From Octopus bimaculoides (taxonomy: Eukaryota), in the NCBI RefSeq assembly GCF_001194135.2, contig NC_069004.1, forward strand, positions 32,237,572 through 32,283,193: a stretch of 45,622 nt of DNA, read 5' to 3'. Numbering within the stretch: the first letter of the stretch is position 1; the number at the start of each line of letters is the position of its first letter. The translations under genes were made by a program, and so were the position numbers. The notes under the pieces were generated by a model. The model had not been told where the DNA came from. It searched no databases and saw only the letters and a list, made by a program, of their open reading frames with translations. Positions 31,554 to 42,708 of this stretch are shown here, in pieces.

Positions 31554-32887
31554 CTGCAAATATATAATTACAACGATGATGATGATGATGATGATGACGA
31601 CGATGATGGGTTCAAATTTTGGCACTGAGCCAAGGTCAGAGGTTAATCAATTACCTCAACCCCTGTACTTGACTGATGTTTTATTCTATTGACTCTGGAA
31701 GGATGAAAGACAAAGTCAACCATGGCAGGATTTGAACTCAGAGCAGAAAAAGGCAAAAGAAATGCCACTAAACATTTCGTCTGGTGCATTAATGATTCTG
31801 CTGACTCATTGTCTTGGTGATGATGATGATGATGATCCTTTGTAATATAGGCACAAGGCCTGAAATTTTGGTGGGAAGGAGTAAGTTGATTACATTGGCA
31901 CCAGGACTCAACAGGTTCCAGTTTTATTGACCTCAAAAGGATAAAAGGATGAAATGGTTATTACTGAGCTGGCAGAATCGGCAGAGCACCAAGCGAAATG
32001 CTTAGTGTTATTTCGTCTGTGTTTGCATTCTGAGTTCAAATTCTGTTAAGGTCGACTTTGCCTTTCATCCTTTCAGGGTCGATAAAACAAGTACCAGTGA
32101 AACACTAGGGGGTCAATGTAAGTGACTCATCCCCTCCCCCAAACATTTGCTACCCTTGCGGCAGAATTTGAAGACTGGAGCCTGGTGTTGCCAGCCGGTT
32201 TCACCAGTCCTCAGTCAAATCGTCCAACCCATGCCAGCATGGAAAGCGGACGTTAAACGACGACGATGATGATGATGATGTCTTTATGTTCTGAGTGAAA
32301 ATTCTGCCGAGCTTAACTTTGCCTGGGATAAACATTGGTGGTGGAGAGGGGAGACTTGCAAATAGGGGCAATTGCTAGTTTACCTAAAAAAAAAAAAAAA
32401 AAAATCATGCCCTGGGTTGCGTATACCTGTGCAGATGAATGGTTTACATTGAGTAACAGCAACACTACAGTTATACCATGTCTGCAATAAAAGACAATGG
32501 ATTCACACAGACAAAATTTGACCAATGCGCGCGCGCGCGTGTGTGAGAGAGAGGGTGGAATGAAACAGCAACAACAACAATGAAGAATATATTGAATAAT
32601 ATAGTCCTAGATACACTATTTTTGTATCAACAACATGATGGTCACAGTTGGAATACCTCTCATCTCATTATAGGTCTGCTTAATCAGGCTGACCTGGGGC
32701 TAAATGACAAGGGAAAACGTATTTGATGAGGTCGTGTTAGGTGGACTTGGAATAAAACGAGATCATCACAGAGCTGGAATGTTACTGATGGACACAGGTC
32801 TGTCCCGGGGCTGAACAACACCAAGAAGGAAATATATGAACTAGACTAAAAAATGACAAAAGAGAAATAAAAATAAACATTGTTTAC

Positions 32888-32942
32888 CTTCAACTTTTAG
32901 ATGTTTATTAAATATCTGTAACATGATCATGTTATCATCAGC
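32888..32942 (-). CDS. TAF5L: TAF5L coding exon 6 (ADDNMIMLQIFNKHLKVE)
   Basis: Similar to human SDNNTALCKVLTLHIHLDV. 55 nt, phase 0 to 1, acceptor TTACAG, donor GTAAAC. Confidence 0.88.
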
Positions 32943-34887
32943 CTGTAATTAGAGAAAGACGTAGAGGACATGAGTGGGTCTGAAGGGTTTACCAGGCAAC
33001 CATAATAGCAATGAGTACATGAACAAAGAAAAGGGTGAAGAGGGAGGGGCTTGACCTCGCCTGTGCTGGTGCCACATAACAAGCACTCAGACCACTCTGC
33101 TGGGTGGTTGGTGATAGGAAGGGCATCCAGCCGTAAAGATCATGCCAAAACAGTCACAGAAGCATGGTGCAGGCTTCTGCCTGGCTGGCTCCTGTCAAAC
33201 CGTCCAACCCATGCCAGCATGGTTTGACAGGAACAAAAGAGCTGGAGGGTTGCATCATGTTCACTCTGTAAAGTGGTTGGGGTTAGAAGGGGCATTGAGC
33301 CACAAAAACCACACCAAACCAGTCATTGGAACATGATGTTGGCCTCTGACCTGCCAGATCCTGTCAAAGTGTCCAGCCATGCCAGCATGGAAGATGAATG
33401 TCCACAGGTGATGACACTGAGATACCTTTATATCTCAATATATCCTTATCTTTTAACATCCCTCTTCCATGTTGGCATATACATAATGGACTCTCCTGTT
33501 GAAGACAACACGTGTGTTCAATTTCTTGCTGAATGACCTGCACAAACGATTTGTTTATAGTGTTTATAGAATGTTCATGCCACACATTCGTTTACTCTGT
33601 CTCCATCAAATCAACGTTGTCTGTACAGGGGCACAATGTATCAAACATCAGATGTCGAAGTGATTGCAGAGCAATTTCAGATGAAGTGTTTTGCTCAAGA
33701 ATACAAAGCACCACTCGGTCTGGGAATTGAAACCATGATCTCATGATCATGAGTGCAACACCTTAACCACTCGGCCATGTATATATGTATGTATGTATGT
33801 ACACACACACACACACATATATATACACAAACATACACATGTACATACACATGTACACACACATATATACAAACATACATGTGCCGTGCCACTTCTCTCT
33901 AAAGTGGTTGACATTAGGAAGGGCATTCAGCCACACAATCCATGCTAAATCAGACAACTGGAGCCAGGGTAGCTCCCCAGCTAGCCACTTCCTGTCCAAC
34001 TCATGCCAGCATGGAAAACGGACATTAAATGATGATGATGATATATATTATATTATAATTGTCAGTAAATGTGACTAGGGTGTTAAAAAGCACCTACATT
34101 GCTAGAAATAAGAGCTAAAGTGTTCTAAGGCTGGAGTTAAGGCACATGAATGAAAACATATTCACTAGCAGGGACCATAATTGTCTGCAAAATGCCGACT
34201 GAGAATTCTTAAGACAAACGTCAGTTTCAGCAATTTCCAGTGTCATCATCAGTGTTCGGGTATTTCCAGACCTGTTTCTCTACTTTGTAACAATTATAAT
34301 TTCCCCTTTTTTGATGAAACATTGCAACCTGCTGTTTATATTAATTTCACTCACAGACACACACAAAAAGAGAGAAACAGTGATGGGAAGGATGCCAGCA
34401 GGAAAAACACTTGTTCTATTAATATTCAGAATTTCTCAAACAACTCTCTGGCATGTAAGAACTACGTAAAATACTTAAGCGCTAACAGTTTACATGGAAA
34501 TGGAAATAAATAACCAACCGTACCAATATAGAATAAAAAAATAAAACAACTAGAGGTGAAGAAAACTAGAAACAAGATTCTTGTCAGGAAGCGAAAATCT
34601 GTTAAAATTTGCAAAACCAATTAAGCTTGTTTGACATGGAGCGAATTGTTATGAATCAGCTGGGGTCTTTCATTAGAAAAGAGAGGAAGTTAAGGACCCT
34701 GTCTGGAATTTTAGAATTCATTTTTCCTTATTCCATACTGAATTAGCAATTTTTTGCAAGCGTTTGCCTTTTACTTGTTTCAGTCAATATTAGATTTGCA
34801 GCCAGAGAATATTTTTCTTAACGAATAAAAAGAAAGTGGAACTTGCTTTAGTTTCTTTTTTTTTTGTTCTATTTTTCTTTTGCTTAC

Positions 34888-34951
34888 CTTTAAAAACCGG
34901 ACCAAATAATCAAATGTGTCCTGAGTGAAGGCTAACGAGTATTTGTGATCC
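34888..34951 (-). CDS. TAF5L: TAF5L coding exon 5 (RDHKYSLAFTQDTFDYLVRFLK)
   Basis: Similar to human DNKYVVRLQEDSYNYLIRYLQ. 64 nt, phase 2 to 0, donor GTAAGC. Confidence 0.92.
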
Positions 34952-35024
34952 CTGTGAAGAAAAAAACCCATGTAAAAATATTTATACTTTAGTTTCAAGG
35001 CACAACACAATATATCCATATATA

Positions 35025-35448
35025 CAGGGTGGGCTGAAAATCATACAGCAAAACATATGACATTTTATTTATATTGTGTTATTATTACAATTATTCATTT
35101 TGTTCATCTTGTACGAGTACATTCATCTTTATTTTATTTGTTTAACCCTTTCGTTACTGTATTTATTTTGAGATGCTCTGTGTTTCTTTCAATTACTTTA
35201 AATATCACAAAGAATTTAGTAAAATAACTTAATTATCATTAAGCTGGTGTTAGGAACATAAATTGTGACTAAGGTTTGGTGGAAGATTTTAATTCAAATC
35301 TTATGGAAACAAGACATTTGTATTCAAAGCCAGAACTGGCTGGGTTGGTTACAAAAGGCTTAATTCAATTTTAGGAAAATTGAAGCATGTCTTTGACAAT
35401 TCCAGAGTGAATTGAACTTATTTTGTGTGTGACTTTTGGCCTACCCTG
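35025..35448. mobile_element. Tc1/mariner-type MITE containing a nested TTAA-flanked MITE
   Basis: TA|CAGGGTGGGCTGAAAA ... TTTTGGCCTACCCTG|TA termini. Confidence 0.65.
35142..35363 (+). mobile_element. piggyBac-like (TTAA-CCC) MITE; related copies at 25928-26158 and about 6800-6935 (minus)
   Basis: TTAACCCTTT...AAAGGCTTAA termini. Shared body AAAGAATTTAGTAAAATAACTT...GGAAGATTTTAATT. Confidence 0.7.
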
Positions 35449-36274
35449 TATGTGTGAGTGTGTATTCTTTTACTTGTTTCAGTCTTTTGACTATGGCCAT
35501 GATGGAGTACCACCTCAAAGGGTTTTTAGTGGAAGAAATCAACACCAGGACTTATTCTCTGTAAGCTTAATACTTATTCTATTGGTCTCTTTTGCTGAAC
35601 CACTAAGTTATGGCAACATCGGCATTGTTTGTCAAACAATGGTGGCAGGGACAAACACAGACAAAACACACAAATATAAAACGGGCTTCTTTCAGTTTCT
35701 ATCTCCCAAATCCACTCACAAGGCTTTGGTCAGCCCGAGGATATAGTAAAAGACACTTGCCCAAGGTGCTACATAGTGGGACTGAACCCGAAACCATGTG
35801 GTTGAGAAGCAAGCTTCTTACTACACACACACACACACACACATAAAATTAAATATTAGGATAAAATCTATATAAGAATTTATCAAGTAGTCAGCATGAA
35901 AAACCAGTTAAGGGAAAAATTTACACAAAATATATAATTAATTTATTTCCTTTTAAATACATTCATTATATTAAGGGCATTACTACACATAAATGACTCA
36001 TGCTATAAGGAACTCTTAAAGTCAAAACTACCTTTCAGTTTGCCAGTCGGTCACCCATTTAAGGGTAGGTGTGAGAGGCAGGATCTGACCAGTTTGAACA
36101 GAAAACAAATAGATTATTTGGGCCAGATTAAATGGTAAAGGAGGTTAACTCTGGTAGACAGACAAGAAATGGCACTTTCCACAAGAAAACAAAACAAAAA
36201 AAAGTAAATAAATACAAAATAGAAGTAACCAGAGATTGAAAATCACAAAAAAAAAAAATGATATAAAAACTTAC

Positions 36275-36404
36275 CTGAACTCTGCAACCAACTTGCATGT
36301 GAGAACATCTTCTCGGTTGTTCAGTTTAACCAAAGTATCCAAGATGTCTTGATTCTCGGGATCTTCACGGAAGAAAGTCACGTGACGGGCATGGAATTTG
36401 TGAG
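36275..36404 (-). CDS. TAF5L: TAF5L coding exon 4 (AHKFHARHVTFF...LVAEF)
   Basis: Acceptor TTTTTGCAG, donor GTAAG, 130 nt, phase 1 to 2, open frame. Confidence 0.88.
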
Positions 36405-36712
36405 CTGCAAAAACAAAGCCATGGAAACAGAAATGTAAAGATGGGAACTAATTAGAAAACGAGAAACAGGTACACAACACCTCATTAACCATTTTGTGAT
36501 GGGCCAAGACTGAACCCGGAACCATGTGGTTGGGAAGCAAACTTCTTAACCATAAAACCACACCCGAGCATATATGGCAGAAATGAGTTATAAATTGTTT
36601 GGGGTGAGTTATTTTCTTTGGGAGAGAGAGAGAAAGGGGGTGGAGGGGGAGGAAGTGGAGAAGATGTGAGTTGAAGAAAGAAGGCAAGAGAAAATGTTTT
36701 AAGACTTCTGAC

Positions 36713-36831
36713 CTGGACTTTTGTGACCATTGTAGAGCATCTCTAGGTAGACATGTACAAATATTGGGAAGAGCAGGATGTGTAGCTCTGTTCGGTACGG
36801 TTCTACTGCATCACAGATAAACTGTTTCAAT
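36713..36831 (-). CDS. TAF5L: TAF5L coding exon 3 (LKQFICDAVEPYRTELHILLFPIFVHVYLEML...KSP), TAF5 NTD2 domain
   Basis: NTD2 motif LLFPIFVHVYL. Acceptor TTTTCAG, weak donor GTCAGA, 119 nt, phase 2 to 1. Confidence 0.93.
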
Positions 36832-37390
36832 CTGAAAATGTATAAATAAACATATATATATGTGTATGTGTGTGGGTATATAAATGTATATATAGACATT
36901 GATCTAAGTGATAAATGAGTGGAGAATGAGAGAGAGAATGAAAGTGAGGGCAGGAGTAAGAGAGATGGATATAGCGAAAGAGATAGAGCAATAAAGAGAG
37001 ATAGACAGTCAGAGAGAGAAGGAGGGAGAGAGAGATTTATATAGATAGAAAAATAGACCTAGACATTGATCTAGTGGGGAGAGAAAGGGAGAAAGAATGA
37101 GAGCAAGAGTGAAAGAGATATAGTGAAAAAGAGGGAGATTTACAGAGAGTGTTCAGGAAGATATAATGGTGGAAAAAAAGCAGAAGCAGAGAACAGAATA
37201 TGATGAGAATTTGGCGGAGGTAAACCCCAGGAAAAGAGAGAGAAGAAAGTCACCGACGACAGTGGAAGTGAAGAAATGTAAAAGAATGGAAGAAACTGAA
37301 CCCATGACCATGTGGTTGTACCTCACAGCCATCCCCGAGTGGTAAGAATGAAAGAAAAAGAACGAAGGCAAAACAGCCGTTTGCACTTAC

Positions 37391-37548
37391 TGCGAGAACT
37401 GATGGTCACATGCTGTTGCATCTCCTGTGATGCTACTGTAGGCTAGCACGTTGTTTATTGTCGAGAGATGGTGGACATTATTCTGGGACACCAATTCAGA
37501 GGGTTCTTGGATGTATTGGTGATTCCTCTTGCCTGGAATGGAGCTCTC
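37391..37548 (-). CDS. TAF5L: TAF5L coding exon 2 (ESSIPGKRNHQ...GDATACDHQFS)
   Basis: Acceptor TTTCATTTTCAG, donor GTAAGT, 158 nt, phase 0 to 2. Not in the ORF track; found by hand. Confidence 0.85.
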
Positions 37549-38946
37549 CTGAAAATGAAAACCAGAAACATCAGTTTAACTTTGGGACTTTCTCTCCCTA
37601 TTCAAAGTTGGACTGAAATATCCTTTTTTACTCTAGGCACAAAGCCCGAAATTTTTGGGGAAGCGGGCAGTCAATTAGATCAACCCCAGTACGCAACTGG
37701 TACTTAATTTATCGACCCCGAAAGGACGAAAGGTAAAGTCGATCTTGGCAGAATTTGAACTCAGAACGTAAAGACAGACAAAATACTACTAAGCATATGA
37801 GACACTGTCTAGNNNNNNNNNNNNNNNNNNNNNNNNNNNNNNNNNNNNNNNNNNNNNNNNNNNNNNNNNNNNNNNNNNNNNNNNNNNNNNNNNNNNNNNN
37901 NNNNNNNNNNNNNNNNNNNNNNNNNNNNNNNNNNNNNNNNNNNNNNNNNNNNNNNNNNNNNNNNNNNNNNNNNNNNNNNNNNNNNNNNNNNNNNNNNNNN
38001 NNNNNNNNNNNNNNNNNNNNNNNNNNNNNNNNNNNNNNNNNNNNNNNNNNNNNNNNNNNNNNNNNNNNNNNNNNNNNNNNNNNNNNNNNNNNNNNNNNNN
38101 NNNNNNNNNNNNNNNNNNNNNNNNNNNNNNNNNNNNNNNNNNNNNNNNNNNNNNNNNNNNNNNNNNNNNNNNNNNNNNNNNNNNNNNNNNNNNNNNNNNN
38201 NNNNNNNNNNNNNNNNNNNNNNNNNNNNNNNNNNNNNNNNNNNNNNNNNNNNNNNNNNNNNNNNNNNNNNNNNNNNNNNNNNNNNNNNNNNNNNNNNNNN
38301 NNNNNNNNNNNNNNNNNNNNNNNNNNNNNNNNNNNNNCAGGCTCCAATCTAATTTGGCAGAGTTTCTACAGCTGGATGCCCTTCCTAACGCCGACCACTC
38401 AGAGAGTGTAGTGGGTGCTTTTACGTGTCACCCGCACGAAAACGGCTACGCTCGAAATGGTGTCTTTTATGTGCCACCCGCACAAGCCAGTCCAGGGGCA
38501 CTGGCAACGATCTCGCTCGAAAATCCTACGGGATCCAGTCAGGCGGTACTGGCAACGGCCACGCTCAAAATGGTGCATCTCATGATGATGATGATGATGA
38601 TATATATATGGGAGAATGTACGAAAAAACAACAACAGACGAGGACAGGTGGTGTAAACAACAAAAGGATGTATTAGTATGACACTCGGGAATACGGAAAG
38701 TCTTTAACGTTTCGAGCTACGTTTCGAGCTATATATTTATATATATATATACACGATTGATTTCTTTCAGTTTCTGTCTACAAAATCCACTCACAAGGCT
38801 TTGGTTGGTCTGAGGCAATAGCAGAAGGCACATGCCAAGTCACCACACAGTGGGACTGAACCCACTACCATGTATTTTGGAACAAAGTTTCTTACCACAC
38901 TGCCATAATTGCACCTATGTATGTATGTGTGTGTGTGTATGTATGG

Positions 38947-38989
<43 letters not shown>

Positions 38990-39384
38990 TGTATATATGT
39001 ATCTGCAAGAAGTTTATAATTTTTTTGGCCCATCACACTACACGGACCCCAAGTAAGGCATGTGTCAAATTTGAATGAAATTGGTTGTGTAGTTCTCAAG
39101 TTTTAGGGATTCACACAGCCAGACATTCTCATCTTTATATATATATATATATACCTGTACCTATATATATATATTACATGGCACCTGTGCCCAGCATCAC
39201 CTACCTGGCACTTGTGCCGGTGGCACATGTAAATTCATTTGAGTGAGATCATTGCCAGTGCCGCTGGACTGGCTCCTGTGCAGGTGGCACGTAAAATACA
39301 CCATTTTGAGCGTGGCCGTTGCCAGTACCGCCTGACTGGCCTTCGTGCCGGTGGCATGTAAAAGCACCCACTACACTCTCTGTG

Positions 39385-41620
39385 GCTGGTGCAAAGTCCT
39401 AACCAAAGCGAGGGTAACATGATGGTTGGTGGAACGATGCAGTAGAGAGGGCCATTATTGCTAAGAAACATGCCTGGAAAAATGGGTGTAGCAGGGTACT
39501 GTATCAGATTGCCAAAAGGGATGCTTAGAGACAAGTATATCTAACCAAAGGAGAAGCAGAAAAGAATAAGTTTGCCTATGTTCAGCAACGCGAGGACCAA
39601 AGAACTGAAGTGCTTTGGAGTGCAAGACAGTGTGTGAGAGAAAATTGTGATGTCATAGGAGAGAAATGTGTCTGCATGGATGATGGTGCACTTGCATTTA
39701 ATGATTCTGCAAAGAAACAGACTTGGAAATGCCATTACGAAAGACTACTGAACATGGAGAATGAGTGGGAAGAGGAGAGTCTGCTAAAAGTTGACCCAAC
39801 TGAGAGACCAGCTGCCCAAATTGACAGTTCCCTGGTAGATAAAGCAATTAAGGATATGAAGACAGGAAAAGCCCTTAAAGATGCTTAAAATATCTGGTGG
39901 TGTGGGTTATGGTCTAGTCACCCAGCAGCATCATAGTCAACTGCTACAAAGGTAAAGGTGATGCCTTTGATAAAAATAATTACAGAGGTAACAAATTGTT
40001 GGATCAGGAGATGAAAGTTACAGAGAGAGAGTCATAGCCCAACTAATTAGAAAGTGAGTTAGCCTAGATGAGATGCAATTTGGTTTTGTGCCAGGGAGAA
40101 ACACCACTGATGCTATATTTCTGGTGAAGCAGCAGCAGGAGAAATACATAGCCAAAGATAAACCCTGTACTTGGTCAGTGTTGATTTGGAAAAGGCCTTT
40201 GACAGGGTCCCCTGATCTCTTATCTGGTGGTCAATGCAGAAACTAGGGACATATGAGTGGTTGGTGAGAGCTGTACAAGCTATGTACAGGGATGTTACCA
40301 GTAAGGTGAGGGTTGGCAATGAGTACAGTGAAGAATTCAGGGTACAAGTAGGGGCTCACTAAGGATCGATGCACAGCCCCCTCTTGTTCATCATAGGTTG
40401 CCCCTGGGAGTTCCTCTATGCTGATGACCTTGCTCTTATAGCTGCATCACTATCTGAACTAGAGAATAAATTCCAGATATGGAAGCACGGTCTAGAATCA
40501 AAGGGCCTTAGAGGTAACCTAGCAAAAACCAAAATCTTAATAAGTAGGAAAGAAGACAAATACAATCCCTTCAGTTAGATGGCCCTGCTCAATCTGTAGA
40601 AAAGGAATAGATAGAAACTCCATAAGATGCACCCAGTGTATGCTTTGGACACATAACAGATGCAGCAATATTAGGGGAAGGTTAACAGGGGAAACTAGCT
40701 TTTGAATGCAGAAGATGCACAGGTACAATAAACGCTAAAAATGGGCAGAAAGTAGACTCCATCAACTGCCAGGGGAGCAAGCTAGAGGTAGTAGATAGCT
40801 TCCGTTATCTAGGTGACCAAGTTAGTAGTGGAGATGGATGCTCTGAGAACATAGTTGGGAGAATAAGATTAGGAAGGGCAAAGTTCAGAGAATTCCTACC
40901 CTTACTGGCAACAAAGGGCCTCTTTCTCAGAGTGAAAGGCAGATTGTATGATGCCTGTGTATGAACAGCTGTGCTACATGGTAGTGAAACATGGGCTATG
41001 ACAGCCAAGGACATGCGTAGGCTTGAGAGAAATGAAGCCAGTATGCTTTGCTGGATGTGCAATGTCAGTGTACATGTTTGGCAGAGTGTAAGCATCTTGA
41101 GAGATAAGTTGGGCATAAGAGGAATCAGATGTGGTGTGCAAGAGAGACGACTGTGCTGGTATGGTCATGTGATGCGTTTGGATGAAGACAGCTGTGTAAA
41201 GAAGTACCAATCTCTGTGTAGGGAACCTGTGGTAAAGGTAGACCTAGGAAGACATGAAACGAGGTGGTGAAGCATGATCTTCGAACTATAAGCCTCACAG
41301 AATCAATGACTAGTGACCGAGAGACATTTGGCAATGTGCTTGACAGGACCAATTAAGCCAAGGGCACCTGTGCTTGTAGCATGTAAAGAACACTTTCTGA
41401 GCGTTGGGCTTCATGGAGGGTGAGTTCCTTTCAAGCGTTGGGCCTCACGGAGGCAAAATGGCTGAAGTCTTTCCCAAGACCTTTGGCATTATGTTATGGT
41501 TGAGAAGAAGACCAAATCAAGCTGAGCAAAATCAATAGTTGTGGCAGATATTGGTGTCACATAAGTTGGTACCCATGCTGATGGCATGTTAAGGCACTCA
41601 TTATACTCTCAGAGTGGTTA
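39385..41620 (+). mobile_element. 5-prime-truncated, defective RTE-type LINE in TAF5L intron 1 (antisense to the host gene)
   Basis: Broken reverse-transcriptase motifs: WWNDAVERAI, FGFVPGRNTTDA, VDLEKAFDRVP, GCPWEFLYADDLALIA, VDSFRYLGD, MLHGSETWAMT, ERRLCWYGHVMR. It has several stops and frameshifts and an internal deletion just before GCPW. Confidence 0.93.
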
Positions 41621-41719
41621 ATAAATTAAATTAGTGATTAGAAAAAAAATGATGTGAGTTTAATTAAGTATGTTTGTTCAATTGTAAATGGAATCATGAA
41701 AGTGTAAAAATGTTGAATA

Positions 41720-41830
41720 CCTAATATATATTTGAAAAAATATATATATATCAGTATATGTGTGTATATATATATATAAATACATATAAGAAAATTAATA
41801 TTTATAAAAATTATAACATTAATGTGTGTG

Positions 41831-41926
<96 letters not shown>

Positions 41927-42061
41927 TATATGAATGTGTATATATATATATACATATATGCATATATGTGTGAAGCTATATGTGCATATAAATATGTATA
42001 TATATATATATATATATATATGAATATATCTGTGTATATTTATATATCTGTGTATATATAC

Positions 42062-42100
<39 letters not shown>

Positions 42101-42337
42101 TATGTGTGTGTGTGTATTGTATGTATATATATATATATACATGTATATGAATCTCTCTATATATACATATACACACACACACACACATTTGTATATGAAT
42201 ATATATATTTTTTTGTATATGCTTTTGTGTGTGTTTGTGTGTATATATATGTCCGTGTGCGTACATATGTACTTGTGTATGTATATATATATATATACAC
42301 ACACACACACAAGTTTGTTTCATATATATTACACGTT

Positions 42338-42371
<34 letters not shown>

Positions 42372-42451
42372 CACACACAGAAATAGGCATATTTATAAAT
42401 GTTATATATATACGTATGTATTACATATCTGGGTATACACTTACATACACA

Positions 42452-42511
<60 letters not shown>

Positions 42512-42562
42512 TTTGTTTTAAATACAACATGCATAGGTATATCATCAGACAGCGATTTGTCA

Positions 42563-42595
<33 letters not shown>

Positions 42596-42612
42596 CACAT
42601 AGTCATATACAC
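41720..42612. repeat. Compound (TA)n/(TG)n/(CA)n microsatellite field
   Basis: Includes an uninterrupted (TA)n of about 80 bp at about 41836-41915. Source of the spurious YI/CV-rich ORFs. Confidence 0.97.
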
Positions 42613-42639
42613 ATAGATAACCAAGTATTTCTTACTTAC

Positions 42640-42708
42640 CGGATACTGTCGTCTCTTTAAATAATTGCTCATCGACATTTGAATTTGTTCATTTTTAATC
42701 CTTTTCAT
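42640..42708 (-). CDS. TAF5L: TAF5-like (SAGA/PCAF WD40 subunit) coding exon 1: MKRIKNEQIQMSMSNYLKRRQYP
   Basis: Matches the diagnostic TAF5L N-terminus (human MKRVRTEQIQMAVSCYLKRRQY). Donor CCG|GTAAGT, phase 0. Confidence 0.93.

Noticed and set aside
33364-34513. ORFs 33364-33585(-) and 34181-34513(+) and a VAMFHQKRG frame, as possible TAF5L exons
   Set aside because: The TAF5L reading frame is already complete and phase-consistent without them, and they show no TAF5L similarity.
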